A stretch of 64,000 nucleotides of DNA. Source: Anolis carolinensis. Taxonomy: Eukaryota. Of this stretch, positions 1-15,400 are shown in pieces. The stretch covers positions 176,654,107 through 176,718,106 of the forward strand of contig NC_085844.1 in the NCBI RefSeq assembly GCF_035594765.1, written 5' to 3'. How positions within the stretch are numbered: position 1 is the stretch's first letter; each line of letters starts with the position of its first letter. The translations under genes were made by a program, and so were the position numbers. The notes under the pieces were generated by a model that ran no database searches, was not told where the DNA came from, and was given only the letters and a program-made list of their open reading frames with translations.

Positions 1-429
1 GTTTTTCATGGTCATACGTAATCTGTACATTTCAAAATAAGGGGTCTTTTCATAGTAATTTACCTGGATTTTAGTAGAGTGATATATTAATTAGAGGAGA
101 TTCTGAACTGACTTGCAGCCTGCATCCTCAGTATGCAGATGAGCAAGGGGTTTCTCACTCAGCCAAGTTATTGTGAAGTAATGTGTGAATTGTCATTCAT
201 TTATAGCCAATATGACTGTGATGTGCTGGCAAATACAACAGTTGCTGTAGGACTTTCCTGTTCTGGTAGTCAGTTTGAAGGAATTGCAAAGCTGCTGTTT
301 GCCTTCAAGCTCAGGGTTGTCTTTAAAATAAAGCAATAAGAAATGAAATCTAACTCTGAAACGAAGAACCATGCTGTTCCCTAAGCTGCTTAGAAATGAA
401 AGTGACTTGCTGCTTCTCTCCTGTGGCAG

Positions 430-3400
430 GAAAGAGCCCGTATCTGATTTTCACAAACCGTCATGAAGTGCGCAAGATTGACTTGGTGAAAAGGGACTAC
501 TCCCGCATCATCCCCATGCTGAAGAACGTGGTTGCTTTGGATGTGGAGGTGGCAACAAACAGAATCTATTGGTGTGATTTGTTCTACAGGAAGATATACA
601 GGTGGGGAGATGTCACTTGGCTGACTGAGTGGCTATGTCTGGGGCTCACGTTTTGGGAGTTAAGATTTGACTTTGGCTGTTACGGTTGAGTAAGAAGGCC
701 AAGTTCTCAGCTAGCAAATGAAATTGTCATTTGGCAAATCAGTTGACTAAAGAAGACTATATGATACAGCAATTTCCCTGTAGGTCTGTCAAAACCCACT
801 GCCCTTGATAATGCGTCTATTGGACACGTGTATCTTTGGGCCAAGATGTCCTGATACATATGCTGAGACTGAATTTAATTTTGTAGAGGAATGGCACTTA
901 CTTTTTGCAGCAAGGGTAGCTATCTCTCTCTTACCTTTAGGTCTGAATACTGTTGCCCTTGAAACTGCCCCAGGTTCTCTATGTACAGACAGTGACAGGC
1001 AGGCTTCCTGTGAGCTATGAGCTAGAAAGGGTGCCTTTTGGAAATACAGTCTCAAACTAAAGTTTTTTCCAACTTTGACCAGGTAATTACACTTAAGCAG
1101 CCAGGAAGGAGTGAAAGGATATTTTGGAACCTTACCAAAAATAAAAAAGAAATAGAAAACTAGGGGCCAGGTGGCTTACCTATCAGCTGTGTACCTTGCA
1201 AATTGTATAAAGGATCTGCCCATTAACACCTGAGAATAATTTAATGTGCCATTTCTCCTAAAGCTTCTTGGCAGCCAATATCTTTCAGGCTTAAGAGCTA
1301 CACATCTGTTATAGTTGAGAATTTATTTTCCCCATCACTGCCAACTGTGACAGTCTTGCCCTGAGCCTTAGAGCTATACTAGCAGGTTGGTGTTTTGTTC
1401 ATTTTTATCATTGAGCTGCAGCTTGAGAGGTATAGGGAAGAGACTGCTGTTTCCACTGTGGGAGGTTATTCCATCTACTTTTGACATCGTCCTGCTTGGG
1501 AAATGTTATTGGGCATTTGATGAAGAGTTAGAGGGAGCTTCTCATTCCTGAGTCTACGTTTCTTGTGGGAATTTGTTGTGGAGTAAGGTTGTATTTGAAT
1601 TCGAGGGTTTTTAGTTTTGAATATTGTGATTTAATTTGTTCAGTTGTACTTTATTATGTTGTTTAAATTTTTATGAACCATCTTTAGAGAGCCATAACAG
1701 CATAACATGAAGCATAGCACTAGTATCATTTAGACATGTCAGGGAATATGGTATGAGCACCTAATTAGTGTTATTTTCCCTAGAAGCACGTAGTCCAGCA
1801 TAGGAAAGAGTAGATCATGGATCATATGTAGCCCATAAGCCCCACTTTATGACCCACATTCTCCCACAATTATTTAAAATTTTGAACTGTGTTTTACCTG
1901 AAAACAGCCAAGAGCCATGCACAAATCCACCTTGCATTCACTCATTTCTAAAAGATTGCAATATCCTCAAAATACAAAAAAGGGGGAGAGTTAAAATCAA
2001 ATTAATCAAAATAGCAAACAGAAGACATATTGTGTTGCTTTTGGCCCTGCCTCATTGGGAAATTTCTTACCCCTATTTTACAGGACGGGGTGGGGAGATG
2101 TTTAGTACTGATTCTGAAGTGTGTGCCCATGAGACATTTCCCATCTTCACTTATCGGAATGTGTACAAGCAACAAAACATATGTGCTATAAGCAATTCGA
2201 AGCAACTATTTCATCACTTACTAGAAATGAGTTATCCTGTAGTACAGCCCCATAGCAATTTCTCTCTAACAAGTGTTAACATGTCATGTCTTCTGCTCCA
2301 GCATTGTTTCTGCTACTACAGATTTATGATCATGATCTGAAAAGAAAGTAATTGAAAAGTGTCAAGATTCCATACTAATCTGGTGTCATGTGAAACATTC
2401 AGGTGTCAAAAGACTCGGGACTTTCTACATACATCCACCCATGCAAATTTGCTCAGCTTTGATCATTCCAGAATAGATAGAGTATCATATCCTCCTCAAA
2501 TGGGCAGGTAGTGCTGTGTTGGAAGCAGAGCCCAGTGGATGATCAAACAACAGGGCTAATAATAAAATACTGGTGATGATAATCTGTGTGTTTTGGAGGC
2601 ATAAGGTGTTTATACTCTGTTCTTTCCCCAGCACAAAGTTCTCATAGCACCTGACAAGTACAAGGACCAAATGAAAACATCCAATAATTGCATTAAAATA
2701 GTATGTCTCTAATCCTTCAGAGTGTGTATTTCATAAGTCTTTCAGCACCTTCTACAGCCTAAATTGACCTGTTCTCTCCAAATTGTAGATGAAAGTCTGA
2801 GGCCTCATCTACATGGCCATATAATGCAGCTTCAGAATACAGTTTAACTGCATTATATGGCAGTGTAGATCAGGGCCCAAGAAGGTCATTTGCTTATAAA
2901 GGTAAAGGTTTTCCCTGACATTAAGTCCAGCCATGTCCAACTCTGGGAATTGGTGCTCATCTCCATTTCTAAGCTGAAGAACTGGCGTTGTCTGTAGACA
3001 CCTCCTAGGTCATGTGGCTGGCATGACTGCATGGAGTGCCATAACCTTCCCTCCAAAGCAATATTTATTGATCTACTCACATTTGCATGTTGTCTGCTTG
3101 GTTGGCAGAAGCTGGGGCTAACAACGGGAGCACACCCCACTCCCTGGATTCAAGCCTACCGACTTTTCTGTCAGCAAGTTCAGCAACTCAACCCACTGTG
3201 CCACCAGGGGCTCCATTTGTTTGTGGTCAGCTAGTAATGAATTTGTAACTAAAGTCAAAGCCAAACCAGGGAGTTGTTAGTAAATAGTGTTTTGTTTGGT
3301 TTTTGGTTTTTGTTTTTTTGGGATGAATGTTGTGCTTGCATTCCTTCCTTTGATTCTCCTCTTTTCCCCCACCAATAGTTAACATCTTTTACTAACCAGA

Positions 3401-6400
3401 CCCATTCACTCTACTCCTCTTCTCTCTCACCAAGTCCTTTGGCATGTGAGGACCACTTGAAGAGGAAATGATGTTTGCCCTTTTGTAGTACTTCATGATC
3501 ATATCTTCCTTGCCAGATTCTTGCTGCTTGCCTCCTGCAAATGTTTTAGGAAGAGAGAGAAAAACTGTCCCTTTGTTTCACAGCATGTGGTGAGAAAGGG
3601 AAGTTACCTTCCATCCCACAATTTCGGTTTTTTTGAGAACACACGAAAGGAGGGAGCCCAGCAAGAAGAAAGAAGTTATGAATCTCTTCCCCTCCCCATC
3701 TCTCCATGGAGAAAAGAAAAGGCTGTTTGGCCTTTGAGATTCTGCATTGGGCCCATTGGGATTCTGCAGGAAACACACAGCAAGACACCACTGGCATAAA
3801 TAATACATTTAAAAAATAAAGTATTTCTGCAAAAATAAAATTTCCATGATAGTGGCCACCTTTTCTTATTTTTTTCAAAGAAGAAATGGTCTCATTCCTG
3901 CCATGAGCCTAGCTTTTGCAAAAAGTGCTCAGGTGTGCCTTCTGTCCCTCCTGTAATAAATAAGTAAACAAACAAACAGGATTCGAAATCAAATACTATT
4001 TTCTGTGGAGGAGGAGAAGAGAGAAAGGAAAGGTGGTTTTTCTCGCTTCCTGCTCAGTACTTTCTACAAAAAAATAAGTTGTTCTTGGAAGAGGAAAAAG
4101 AGTTGGCTCTCCACAAGCAGGGCTCTTGGTGAAATCTCAGGTCCTCGCCAGATGGATGACAGACAAACATCTAAAACAAGGAACTAGACAAAATAATACT
4201 TGTAATGTTTGTTAAAAACTATTTCTAGGAAACTAGTTTAATCTCTGGCTGTAAACCAGAGCTTGTAGTTGGAGTTTTCATCACAGTTCACCTCTTAAGG
4301 CATAGCCAGCAACTGTGACATCAGAAGAAATCACATTAAAGTGCACCAAGGAAGAGAAAAGAGACCACATAGGTAAAAAGCTTATTCAGGAAACTCTTTG
4401 GAAGGACCTAGCAAAACCACCTCTGTGGATTCCTTGCCTAATAAAACCTCATGTGATTCATGGGGTCCACCACAAGTTGATATTCAAGGTGAAGGCCCAT
4501 ACACACTCTTAGCGGATGCTCTGTAATAGTTCTCCTATAATCCTTGTGTCCTCTAGGAAGAAAAGGGCTCCCCCTCCTGCACGCTCTGAGCATCTAGAGC
4601 AGGGGTCCTCAAACTTTTAAAGCAGAGGGCCGGTCCACAATCCTTCAGACTGTTGAGGGGCCGAATTATCATTTGAGGGAAAAAAAACCGAACAAATTCC
4701 TATGCACACTGCACATATCTTATTTGTATTGCAAAACAACAACAATAACAATGAAAGAACAATACAATATTTAAAAATCAAAACAATTTTAACCAACATA
4801 AACCTATCAGGATTTCAATAGGAAGTGTGGGCCTGCTTCTGGCCAATGAGATAGTCAGGTTAATTAGGATTGTTGTTGTTGTTGTGTGTCAAGTCATTTC
4901 AGACTCTGGGAGAGCCTAAGTCTAAAATTATTTATTTATTCATTTACTACATGTATTTACTACATTTATATCCCGCCCTTCTCACCCCAAAGGGGACTCA
5001 GAGCAGCTGTATGTACATACGATATATTATTAGCATAGCACAATATTAGCATTATATATTACTATATTGAACTATACCACTATACTGTAATATTATATGT
5101 AATATATAACATATAATTAATATTATTATATGATATTATTATTAGTATTATATTGTATAAAATGGTAATATTATTATCAATATCATATGTATATACAATA
5201 TATTATATTATTAAAACTGATATAAAATATTATAAATGAGGGCGGGGGCCAGGTAAATGACCTTGGAGGGCCGCATCTGGCCCCCGGGCCTTAGTTTGGG
5301 GACCCCTGATCTAGAGGATGCAATCAATAGAATCCATGGAAGGAGTGGCACAAAACCAAATAACAAAAAGATACAAGCTACATTCACTTTTCTATCTACC
5401 AAATTAGATTTTATTTTTCTGGACGCATCTAAAGTAAATTTACCAAGGAGTAAAAGCAGGAATTATTCCAGCATGAACACGTATTTACTTATTCAGTGCA
5501 TTTTTAATACTGCTCAAGCCACCAGTGCCCCCAAAGCAAATTACATTGGATATAAACACTTAAAATATTAAAGACATGACTAAAAACCAATAAACACACT
5601 CTGTAATAACAGTCCTAAGACAAGATAATTAAAAAACAGTTTTAAAAACAGCCAGAGCAGAGATCCTAGTTTTAAGAATTTAAATCCAATCAAAATGATA
5701 CACTCGTCATGGCCTGCTGGAAACTCAGATCGGAGGTATGGAAAGAGTTCCTTGGTTGGGTTACTGCTCCAGGGAAAATGCTGTCACATGCATCTACCAG
5801 CTCTCTGCTCACCAATATTTGTAGTACAGTACTAGGTACTGGCCCAGAAGTCAAAACTGCCTTCCTCTGGTCCCTTTTGCAGTAAGAGATCAGTAGAGTT
5901 AAACAGATCCAATCCAAGAGAAAAATGAGACAAACCAAGCCTAGTGAGGCCCTTCAGCACTTAAACTTGACATTTGAACTGTGTTTTTCCTTTGAAAATC
6001 TGTAGAAGCTGCTTTTCATTTGTCACCATCAGTAATTATCTGGGTCTCCTGTCCTCAGTGCCTACATAGATAAAGCCAGCAACACAGCAGACCAGATGGT
6101 TCTAGTTGACAGTGAGTTAAACTCTCCTGAAGGCTTGGCGATGGATTGGGTCCACAAGAACATCTACTGGACAGATTCAGGAAACAAGACCATTTCTGTT
6201 GCCACTACTGATGGGAGTAAGAGAAGGACACTGTTCAGTACTAATTTAAGTGAGCCCCGAGCAATTGCTGTGGATCCAACACGGGGGTAAGTGAGAGAGA
6301 ACACTATTTTTATTGGCAAACATAGTCCTAGTTCTGCCTTGATCTTTTTTGCACATATACTATAGCATACAATGTAATCAGAGTTTCCACTATAGGTAAG

Positions 6401-9400
6401 TTTATTGTAATATTCTAACATGCAGGAACAACAATTGCCGGATACTGAGTATCATTAAGATACTGGACAGATTACTCCATGATTAATTGAGGATTTGGAG
6501 GTCACTGATTGTTAGAAATGCTAACATATGGTGGAATATCTCTTAGAGCAAGGTGTCTGTGTTATTTGTATTCTTATTTCTAGTACTATTTTCCTTTGAG
6601 TTTCACTTGTCCCATTCCAATGAGGCTTTATTTGTTCTTTGGTTTATCTAACCATTCTTAACTAAGAGTGAGAAACAGATGGCCTGCAGATCATGGGCAG
6701 CCCTTTCTCTCTCTCTCTCTCTCTTCCTTTCTTTTTGTCCCCCTATCACTACTGCCACAGCCAATTTAATAATACAGAAAGTTATGGCCTTCCATTTTGG
6801 TTCTGAATGAGCCAAGCGCTTCCTGTAGTGTTGCCAAATTGGTCTTAGGCCCTGTAACATTAGGAACAGGTGGGTATGGAGGAGCGCCTTGCTCTGTTAT
6901 TGTCATCAGCTCCCCCACCATTCTTCTCCTCTGTCATTATCAGTGAAGCAATAACTGTGTTAGATGGGGATAGATGTGGCTAAAAATTTGTAAGGTGAAA
7001 GAGGATCTTTGTCCCTATGGTACTTTGTTCTGCTCCAAGATCTGTCAAGGATTTAAGTTACAAGAGCCCTATCCCAGATCCAATCTTGCTTGTGAGTTTA
7101 TCTGCATGAATCTACTCATAAAGGTGCACAAAAAGTGTGTGCCTTGTTTTAAGAGAAAAACAACACTTTACAATGACAGTGAAGATTTTCATGTTTCCCT
7201 ACTGCTGAATTCCAGCAGCAAAAGTGATGGACATAGCAGCAAAGTGTGGCCCACTCTGCATTCAGGTAGAGATATGGGGAAATTGTCCATTCTTGCTCCT
7301 AACTAAAAAAATTTCCACTTTCATAACACTTCTTTTATACTGAGCAAAGACTACTTGATTTCCTGCTTCATGGATACTGGAGTTCCTTAAATACTGTTTT
7401 ATGGAGGCATCGCTGCTCTCAAATAAATTAATTAATCCTCTTTACAGAATCCAGTTTACTCAACATACTTTAAGTAGTTTAAATGTGTTTAAGGAGGCAA
7501 TAGTCTGTAGCATTGCAGCTTTAAATTTAAAGAAAGTGAGTGTCAGAGATCACTTGATCATGCCACAAAACCTTCCAGCATCTGCCTTCTTCTCTGTTGC
7601 AGGTTTATGTATTGGTCTGACTGGGGAGACATTGCAAAAATTGAAAAAGCTGGCTTGAACGGTGTAGATCGGCAAGTGCTTGTGACAGACAACATTGAAT
7701 GGCCCAATGGCATCACATTAGGTAAGTTTCAAAACTTTGGACCAAATCATTACAAAGTTCATAGGAACAGAAAGCTTCTTTACACCATATCAGTATTTTC
7801 TATGTTGTTTGACAACACCTCCCTGGAATTTCAGGCAAGAATCTCAAAGTTGCAGATGTGGAGATCTCTGTATCCAGGACTATTTACATGCAAAGTATGT
7901 CCTCTATCACTGAACAGTGGCCTTTTCCAAGGAGTTTGTAATGCTAACTAAGCAAGGAGGAAAAAAAACCCAATTATACAAGTCTCAGATGGGTTTTTCA
8001 CCACTTATATATATGGCCAGTCAGTTCAGTCTAATGCAAATGTTTGCTGAGGCAGCTTATCCTGAGTTTTTCCTGCTGCTTCAGCAATTTGTGTGCCATG
8101 CAAACCTCCTTCAAAATCTTTCCATGAGGCCAAACTAGATGGTACATGTGAGATGGATGATCAATCTGCACACATTCCCCAGCCGACCTTTCTCTTTTTT
8201 TTTTACTCAGAGATTCTGCAATTGGGAACAGAAAGGGCTGGATTGAAAAAAAAGAGGCAGAATAAACATTTCCCCATTACCCACAGCTGGTTTTCCACCC
8301 ACAGGCAAAATGATACAGCTTCCCTTCCCTCCTAAGAAAAGTGAAAAGCAGTTTGAAATAAAATCACAAATTTTGTCTTTCTAAATTAATTGTGTAGGTA
8401 GGTAGCGCCTTAATTAAGACTGCATTAGGTTTAGTTTTTAAACCTGATAACTGCTTATGTCAAGATTAATGCAGCTAAAGGAGGTTTCACATGTAAGACA
8501 GCTTCTTTTGTATCTTCTTGGGATTTGCCTGCTGACCCTGGTTTGGGATTGAACAAAGCTTGTCAAGTTAGTGTTCTGGATTACTGCTCTCAGAATCTTC
8601 CTATTAGCATGGGCTTTGGAAACATGAGAGATGTTGTCCAAAACAGTTAATTTACAAGCTGTGGTGTAGAAACACTAAAGTCACATTTGCAGAGAACAGT
8701 CTCCCCAGAAAGGTAAGGAAAATGATGAAGAGTTCTTCAAGATGTCAAAACAGCACAGCTTCTACTACAGTTCCCAGAAGTGACAAGACAAAAAGGCATT
8801 CAGATATAATTCTGCCTTTGTATGTTTGCTCTTCAGATTTGCTGAATCAGCGTCTCTACTGGGTGGATTCCAAACTGCACTTACTTTCGAGTGTAGATTT
8901 CAATGGCAACAACAGGAAAGTTCTCATATCTTCTGTGGATGACCTTAGCCACCCATTTGGAATAGCAGTGTTTGAGGTATGAGAACAGCACAGGGCCCTG
9001 TGTTAAATAGAAAGTAAAGTAAGGCAAAATTGCAGTAAGAATGAGAAGCAACAGGTACCAATACTGGATACAAGGAGTAATGGTCAGATTTTTGTTGTTA
9101 TGATGATAGATGAGATTGCCAGAGAAAAAAACTGGAGACAGCTCCCACATCTTTCATGGTTGTTTAGAAGAGGGAATTCCAATAGATGTTGCTTGTTACA
9201 CAATCAGATAACATCCAGCACTTGATGAAATTCCTTTTCGATTTCGCCTTTAAGGGCACAGGGAACCTTCTCCAGTTTTCACTCTGGCAACCCTAATGAT
9301 AGGACTTGTGCATGAGTAAACCTTATTCAAGAAAAGTGGTGGTGGGATATCATGGGATTAATTAGCTATGGTCAACCTCATGAGCCCACCTCAGGTGGGA

Positions 9401-12400
9401 AAATATCTGAATAATTTTGAAACAGTGTGAAGAAGACTAATATGAAAAGGTATGTGTCCTTTTAATCCTAACAAATGTAGAATAGCATGAGGCTTTGGTG
9501 GGAAAACAACCTATTTCCTCAAAAACAAGTTCAGCCTTGGAGTATCCAATTCTATGGTTAAGTGTGGGATGGTGACAGTGAGATGAAAGTATTTTTAGAC
9601 AGTTATTAGCAATGGGGATTACATTGATATAATTGGTACTTGGTGATGTGATGTTGTACACAAACCTCTGATGATAGGTTGCAACTTATTAGTGAAAAGT
9701 TTTTCACCTAATGTTTCAAGACTGCACTCCGTGTATTAGAGAAAGCTAAGGGATTTAATAGCAAAAGCATTTTGCCTGTATCATCCATTATACATTAGAA
9801 AACAAGATAAGCTCTAAATCCATATTCTCAAAAACTCTGTTTTTCACTTCTCCACAGTCAATTTTTAAAAAAGCGTTTGCCATTTCACCTTTGTCTTTAT
9901 CTTTCCGCAAAGAAAATGAAAGCTCTGTAGTTAAAAATAACCTTTTAAACTCACTTTGTCCGTTTAACGCATCTTCTAATTGATAGGTGTTGTTACTAAA
10001 TGTACCTCACTTTGAATCACAAGGAAAGATATATTTCTTAGCCCTTGGATTACCCTTCTCTACTGTTTATCCCAAACTACAAAGTTCACCTCTGTGAAAC
10101 TGTCAGGGACTTGTTATACACAGAAGCTAGCTTAATACAGGTCACACCTTTGGAGGGAGAAGGAAGATTAGCCTGGAATGCTATTTTCACTGGATGCCAA
10201 GGGATCACTCCACTTTCTAATAAATCCCCGCAAATCCTATTCAGCAACCATCATGACCACACAAGTCAGAGAAATTCGAAAGCACAAGCAGGCCTTTTAA
10301 AAAAAGGGCAGGCATGCCTGCCTTTCTGTTATGGCAGATTCACAAGTAGCCTGACCCCCTGCCTTGGGTACTTTTGATTGAGACTGCATCCTTTGTTCTC
10401 ATACAGGACATAGTATAGGACAGAAATGGGAAATGTTCAGCTTATAGTCAGGTAAAGGGTGAACTGGAAAGAGGTTGGTGGAGCAGACAGCTGAAAAAAC
10501 AGCCTTGTGTGGGGGGGGGGGGGGGCTGCTCTTTGTCCAGTGCCAGGGAAGAGGAACTTAGATTTGTCCATAGGCTTCCACACATGGAGGCGTTATCCAT
10601 TGTTTCTGACTGCCATGCACATGTGAAAGTGGTGGCTAAATGTTTTTCTTGTGGATGATGGTGACTGATGATTCCCATCCCAATGGGGTGTTGAGTCCGT
10701 TATAGGTTTAATCTAAGCCAGTGCTTTCCAAACATTTTATGTTGGTGATACACTTTTTTACATGCATCATTTTGCAGCACAGTAAATCAGTTTTGAGAGC
10801 AAACTGGAGGTTAAACCCCAACCCTTTATAAGAGTTTCGGACACATGCATAAATGGTAATAACATTTGGGGGCACCTCGCATATCATGAAAACCTTTCAT
10901 TTATATATTTAATTTTTTTAAAAAATATATGATTTGTAAGATAATAGCCTACATGTCCAAAATATACATAAGTGTATATGTGCAAGAATTTTTAAAAATG
11001 TGTAACACTGATGAAATAACAGCTTACCATTTTAATGAGATATACAAGGTTGATGGGATGAATATTTGGTGGAATATTAGATTGAGACATCAAAGGATTT
11101 TAAAGCTTCCACATTTCAGTGGTTTTGCTTATTTCACATAGACATCAAGGTCTCTCCTTATGTTCACACTTACACACTGCAGCCAACACACTAACGTGTG
11201 ACATACAGTTTGAAAAACTCTGATCTAAGGTCTAAAAAAATCTACAAGGTGCTGAATGCTAATGCTAAATTGATCCGGGACTTTGGATTGGTTATTAGAT
11301 AGGACAAAGTGCTCATTAGACTGTATTTTGTACATTATTTTTTAATATGGTATCAAAAAAATAATAGATATATTTGTTTTTGCAGGACAGGGTGTTCTGG
11401 ACTGACTTAGAAAATGAGGCCATCTTCAGTGCCAATAGGCTGAATGGTCTGGATATCTCCATTTTAGCTGAGAACCTCAATAATCCCCATGATATTGTAG
11501 TCTTTCATGAGTTGAAGCAACCTAAAGGTAAGTCATATTTCCATTATAGAGCATAATTTCTTCCAATACAACAAAGCTAGCAAAGTCTAAATCCACTATT
11601 TAGCATAGCAATATTGGCAAAACACTATATTAATAGGAAAACCCTTTGGTTTTTAAATTTGTTTTTACTATATTACTTGAAATCTCTTTGTTCTGTAGTA
11701 AGATAGACAAGATGGACTGACAGAAACAGAAAGCAAGCTCATGGGAAGGTGCCTTGGCTTTCATGGGTCTATCATTGTTTCCAAACTCTTGTGCAGTTTA
11801 GTAGAGTATTAACACGTCTGCACTGAGGAAACATTATTAACAAACCATTTAACCTACTGAAAACTAATACTCAGGTAGCTTTCGTTAGACCACAAAAATC
11901 TGCAGAAATTTGATCTTCAAAAAAAAAAGCTATATAAAAAGGAGTAACATATTATACTTGTGCATAAATCAAGACAATTTAGATAAAATTTGACTTCAAA
12001 GACCTGCATTGACTTAACCACTGGTTATGTAAGTACCATTCCTTCATTCTTATATAAAAAGGGGGACCATCCCTTTCTCTGGACAGCGTAGCAAAAGTCA
12101 AGAGCTTATTCCATCCTGGGGCAACCTAGAAGAAGCACCAGCCCCCTCTACTCTCTCCATTGTGATGCCACTTCTAGCCCTTTTGAATACCTGGGTGGGT
12201 TTATGCAACAGCAGAGGCTCTCTGGCACTTCCCCTCAAATGGAGACCTTCAGCGGTCACTTTCTCAGGAATTCCAAATAGTCCACTGGTCATGTCAAAAT
12301 CCACAAAATGTCCTTGATTTATACACAAGTAGATATTATATACAAATCCCAACACATTTAGGCTTTTTTATGCTGTGTTTCCGCCCTCTGCTGCTCATAT

Positions 12401-15400
12401 ACTGTATTTCTTCCGATTCTAAGATATGCTCCCCCCTTAAATATCTCTAAAAATGGAATGCATCTTAGAATGGAAGAAATACAATAGTATCTTTAAAAGA
12501 AATGAAATGTTTGCACAAGCTGAAGAAACAGAAAATTTTAAAGCAACACTAGGCCCGTGGACCACAGGATTTCTTTATTTTTTTTATTCCCAACAACAAG
12601 CAAAAATCCCCCACTGGGGGAGGACAAAAAGGAAAAATGGCTGCTAATGGAAGCGCGCACAAAATTTCTGTTTTTCCCTAAAGCAAGGCGTATGACCCCT
12701 CTTCAGTAAAATCTAGCAGTTATATATGTAGATGCATCTTTTTAAAAATCAGTGATTTTTTTTCACTTCTGGATTTTTATTTTTAAACAGTTTTTTTTTT
12801 GGGGGGGGGGATTTGGGAAGGGCAGTTATCAATTGGTTTCAGGGTCAGCATTGCCCACCTCTCTTTTAAGTAGACACCAGAGTGACTGGTTTTCAATAGC
12901 AGATATTACAGTAGGACTTCCACTGCGAGGAACAAAACATGGAAAGAGATTTTGTAACATTTTAAAATTTAACTATTGAAAAGAAGCTGGTAGCATAAGG
13001 TTTCATAGACCAAAGACTTGTCTACCAGGAGCAGAAACCCTAAATCAGGTTAGAAGTCACTCGTGGACATTCACACTCCAAAGACTTCCAATCCATAACA
13101 TGGAATAATGCCGATTAATCTGGTTGTATTCTACATTAGCAGAAGTCAGGGATGCTCTGGAGTTTTGCCTAAACTGTTGAGCAGCCCTACACTTTGTGAT
13201 TGAGGTCGACAGCTGGCCCAGTTCTAATTCAGAACAAGGTCCTTACAAGCCAGTGCCCACCATCCCCTTTCTCTTGCACTCCTGAAGAATTGTCCTCCTT
13301 TCCCCTGGTTGCACAGGCACCTTTGCTGATGTCTTTGCAGTGTAAGTGCCCCAGCGTAACCACCCATCTCTGATTTTGTGGCTTATGTAGATCAGCCCTC
13401 AGTCCATTTTCTCAGTAAATTTAATCTATGAAATATTACACTACCAACTTTGGTCTCTAAGTTAGTCTCTAATGTAGTATAAAGATCCCTTTGCATACTC
13501 ATACTCAAGACAAACACGACTATGTCTTTGGATTCTACCTCTGTGAGAAACAACAGCATCCTTTTTCTTGTTTTTATACTGGGGCACTGCTTTGGAATAT
13601 TTTATGTAAAACTTTACAGGAACTCTTAAATCTAAAAGAATAAAAATATTCCCACCATTTTATTTCTGTAGCATTCATTGTTGGAAATGCCTTCAGAGTG
13701 TCAGATTCAGAACTACCATAGTGGCAAAGATTTCATGGTACTGAACTTTCACAAATTACTAACAAGAACAATCAGCATAAATCCCTCTTATTTTATCTCC
13801 CCCCTTATAGCTCCAAATGCTTGTGATCCGAGCTCCCAACTAAATGGAGGCTGTGAATATCTTTGTCTTCCTGCGCCCCAGATTTCTCCACATTCCCCAA
13901 AGTATACATGTGTTTGTCCTGACAATATGTGGTTGGGCCCTGATATGAAAAAGTGCTATCAAGGTAAGAAGAGCTGTCTTCGCTCTATGAACCTTCTCGT
14001 GCCCAGGATTTGGGGCATGTTTGCATTATGTTATCAATGGAAACATGGTACCTACAATTCTGGATTCAAGTATTTCATATTTACTGTCTTTTTCACTCTT
14101 TATTTCCATAATTTCCCTTCTAAACTTCAACCATAAATCTTTTTTCTGAATGAGATTGCAGCCAATCCCTTTTTGTATTTTCTCCCACTCTAATGTATCT
14201 TTAGAAACACATAACGTATCATGTGGTAATGACTGGGGATTGATGGTGGGAATTAAAGCGATGAGAAAAGGAAAATGGGTAGTTATTATAAGTCCTGTAC
14301 AGCTAATCATATAATTGGGAAGAAGATGGTTACTTCCTGTTTCTTCAACAATCTGATATTTTCAATAAATATTTGAGTAGACAAATTGGCTATCTTTCAT
14401 AATCTTCTAAATGTGGAAGGCTTCACTTTTCCTATATTTTTAATGATCTTATCTGGTTTAGATACATTAAGTAGAAATTGTTTGGTGTAGCTGTTGCTAA
14501 CTATATATTGCTTATGTTTGCAGACCTTCCACCTACCTCAACTCATGTGCCTGTTACTACTACAACTTATTTGCCCAATTTTACTGATATTAGTACTGCT
14601 CTTATAATGACAACAACCACAACCACCACCACCATTGTTACAACCAATAGCACCAGCAACATTAGTACAGAAGGCCAAGAAACCACAACACAATTTGTCC
14701 TTGGCACTACAAGCCTCCGTTCAGAAACAACAACAACCACAACAGCAGAATCCAAAATAACGACAACTGGAAACAGCAATCTCTCCCAGCATTGTAAGCC
14801 AATATAGTCATGTTTTCCTCCCCCCTTGGAACTTGATTAAGTTGTCTGGTAATAGTGTAATATGTTTGAGTTGGGAGTATGCATAGCTTCGAGAAGGTAA
14901 AACAAGATGCTTTTATCTGCTGCCTTCCTGTTCAGACATATAAATGTTATCTCAATATGGACTTCATTGTGGAGGATCTGGTTTCATAAGCATCTTCAGT
15001 CATCCCCTTTTTTCAAATTGTTTTATAGCCTATTTTAAGGATAGCAGAGTTAATCCTGAGATTCATCCAAAAATCCCACATTGATAGATTAACCCAGATT
15101 TTTCCAAACTGATTTGAATGCTACTCCTTTTTAATGTTCCTTAAAGTTTCCCCTAGTTCTCTTTCCAATAGCCCTGCCACATAGCAATTTCTCATCTTTT
15201 TCATTTCTGAAATAGGCCTCCAATAGGCCTTTCTCACAGCACTATAAAAACTTAGTTCATATACATGACTAGCCTTGCTTTTCCAGCTTTTTTCATCATT
15301 GTGTAAGACATTCCAGGCCTAAAAAAAATTGCAATGTCCCAAATCCACTAACGGTTAACCACTGGAGTCCATACTCCAAAAGTAACTTGTGTATTCTCCA

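Noticed and set aside
1849-2340. 163-aa ORF in an LRP8 intron
   Set aside because: No recognisable domain or splice context, and the composition is typical of AT-rich intron.
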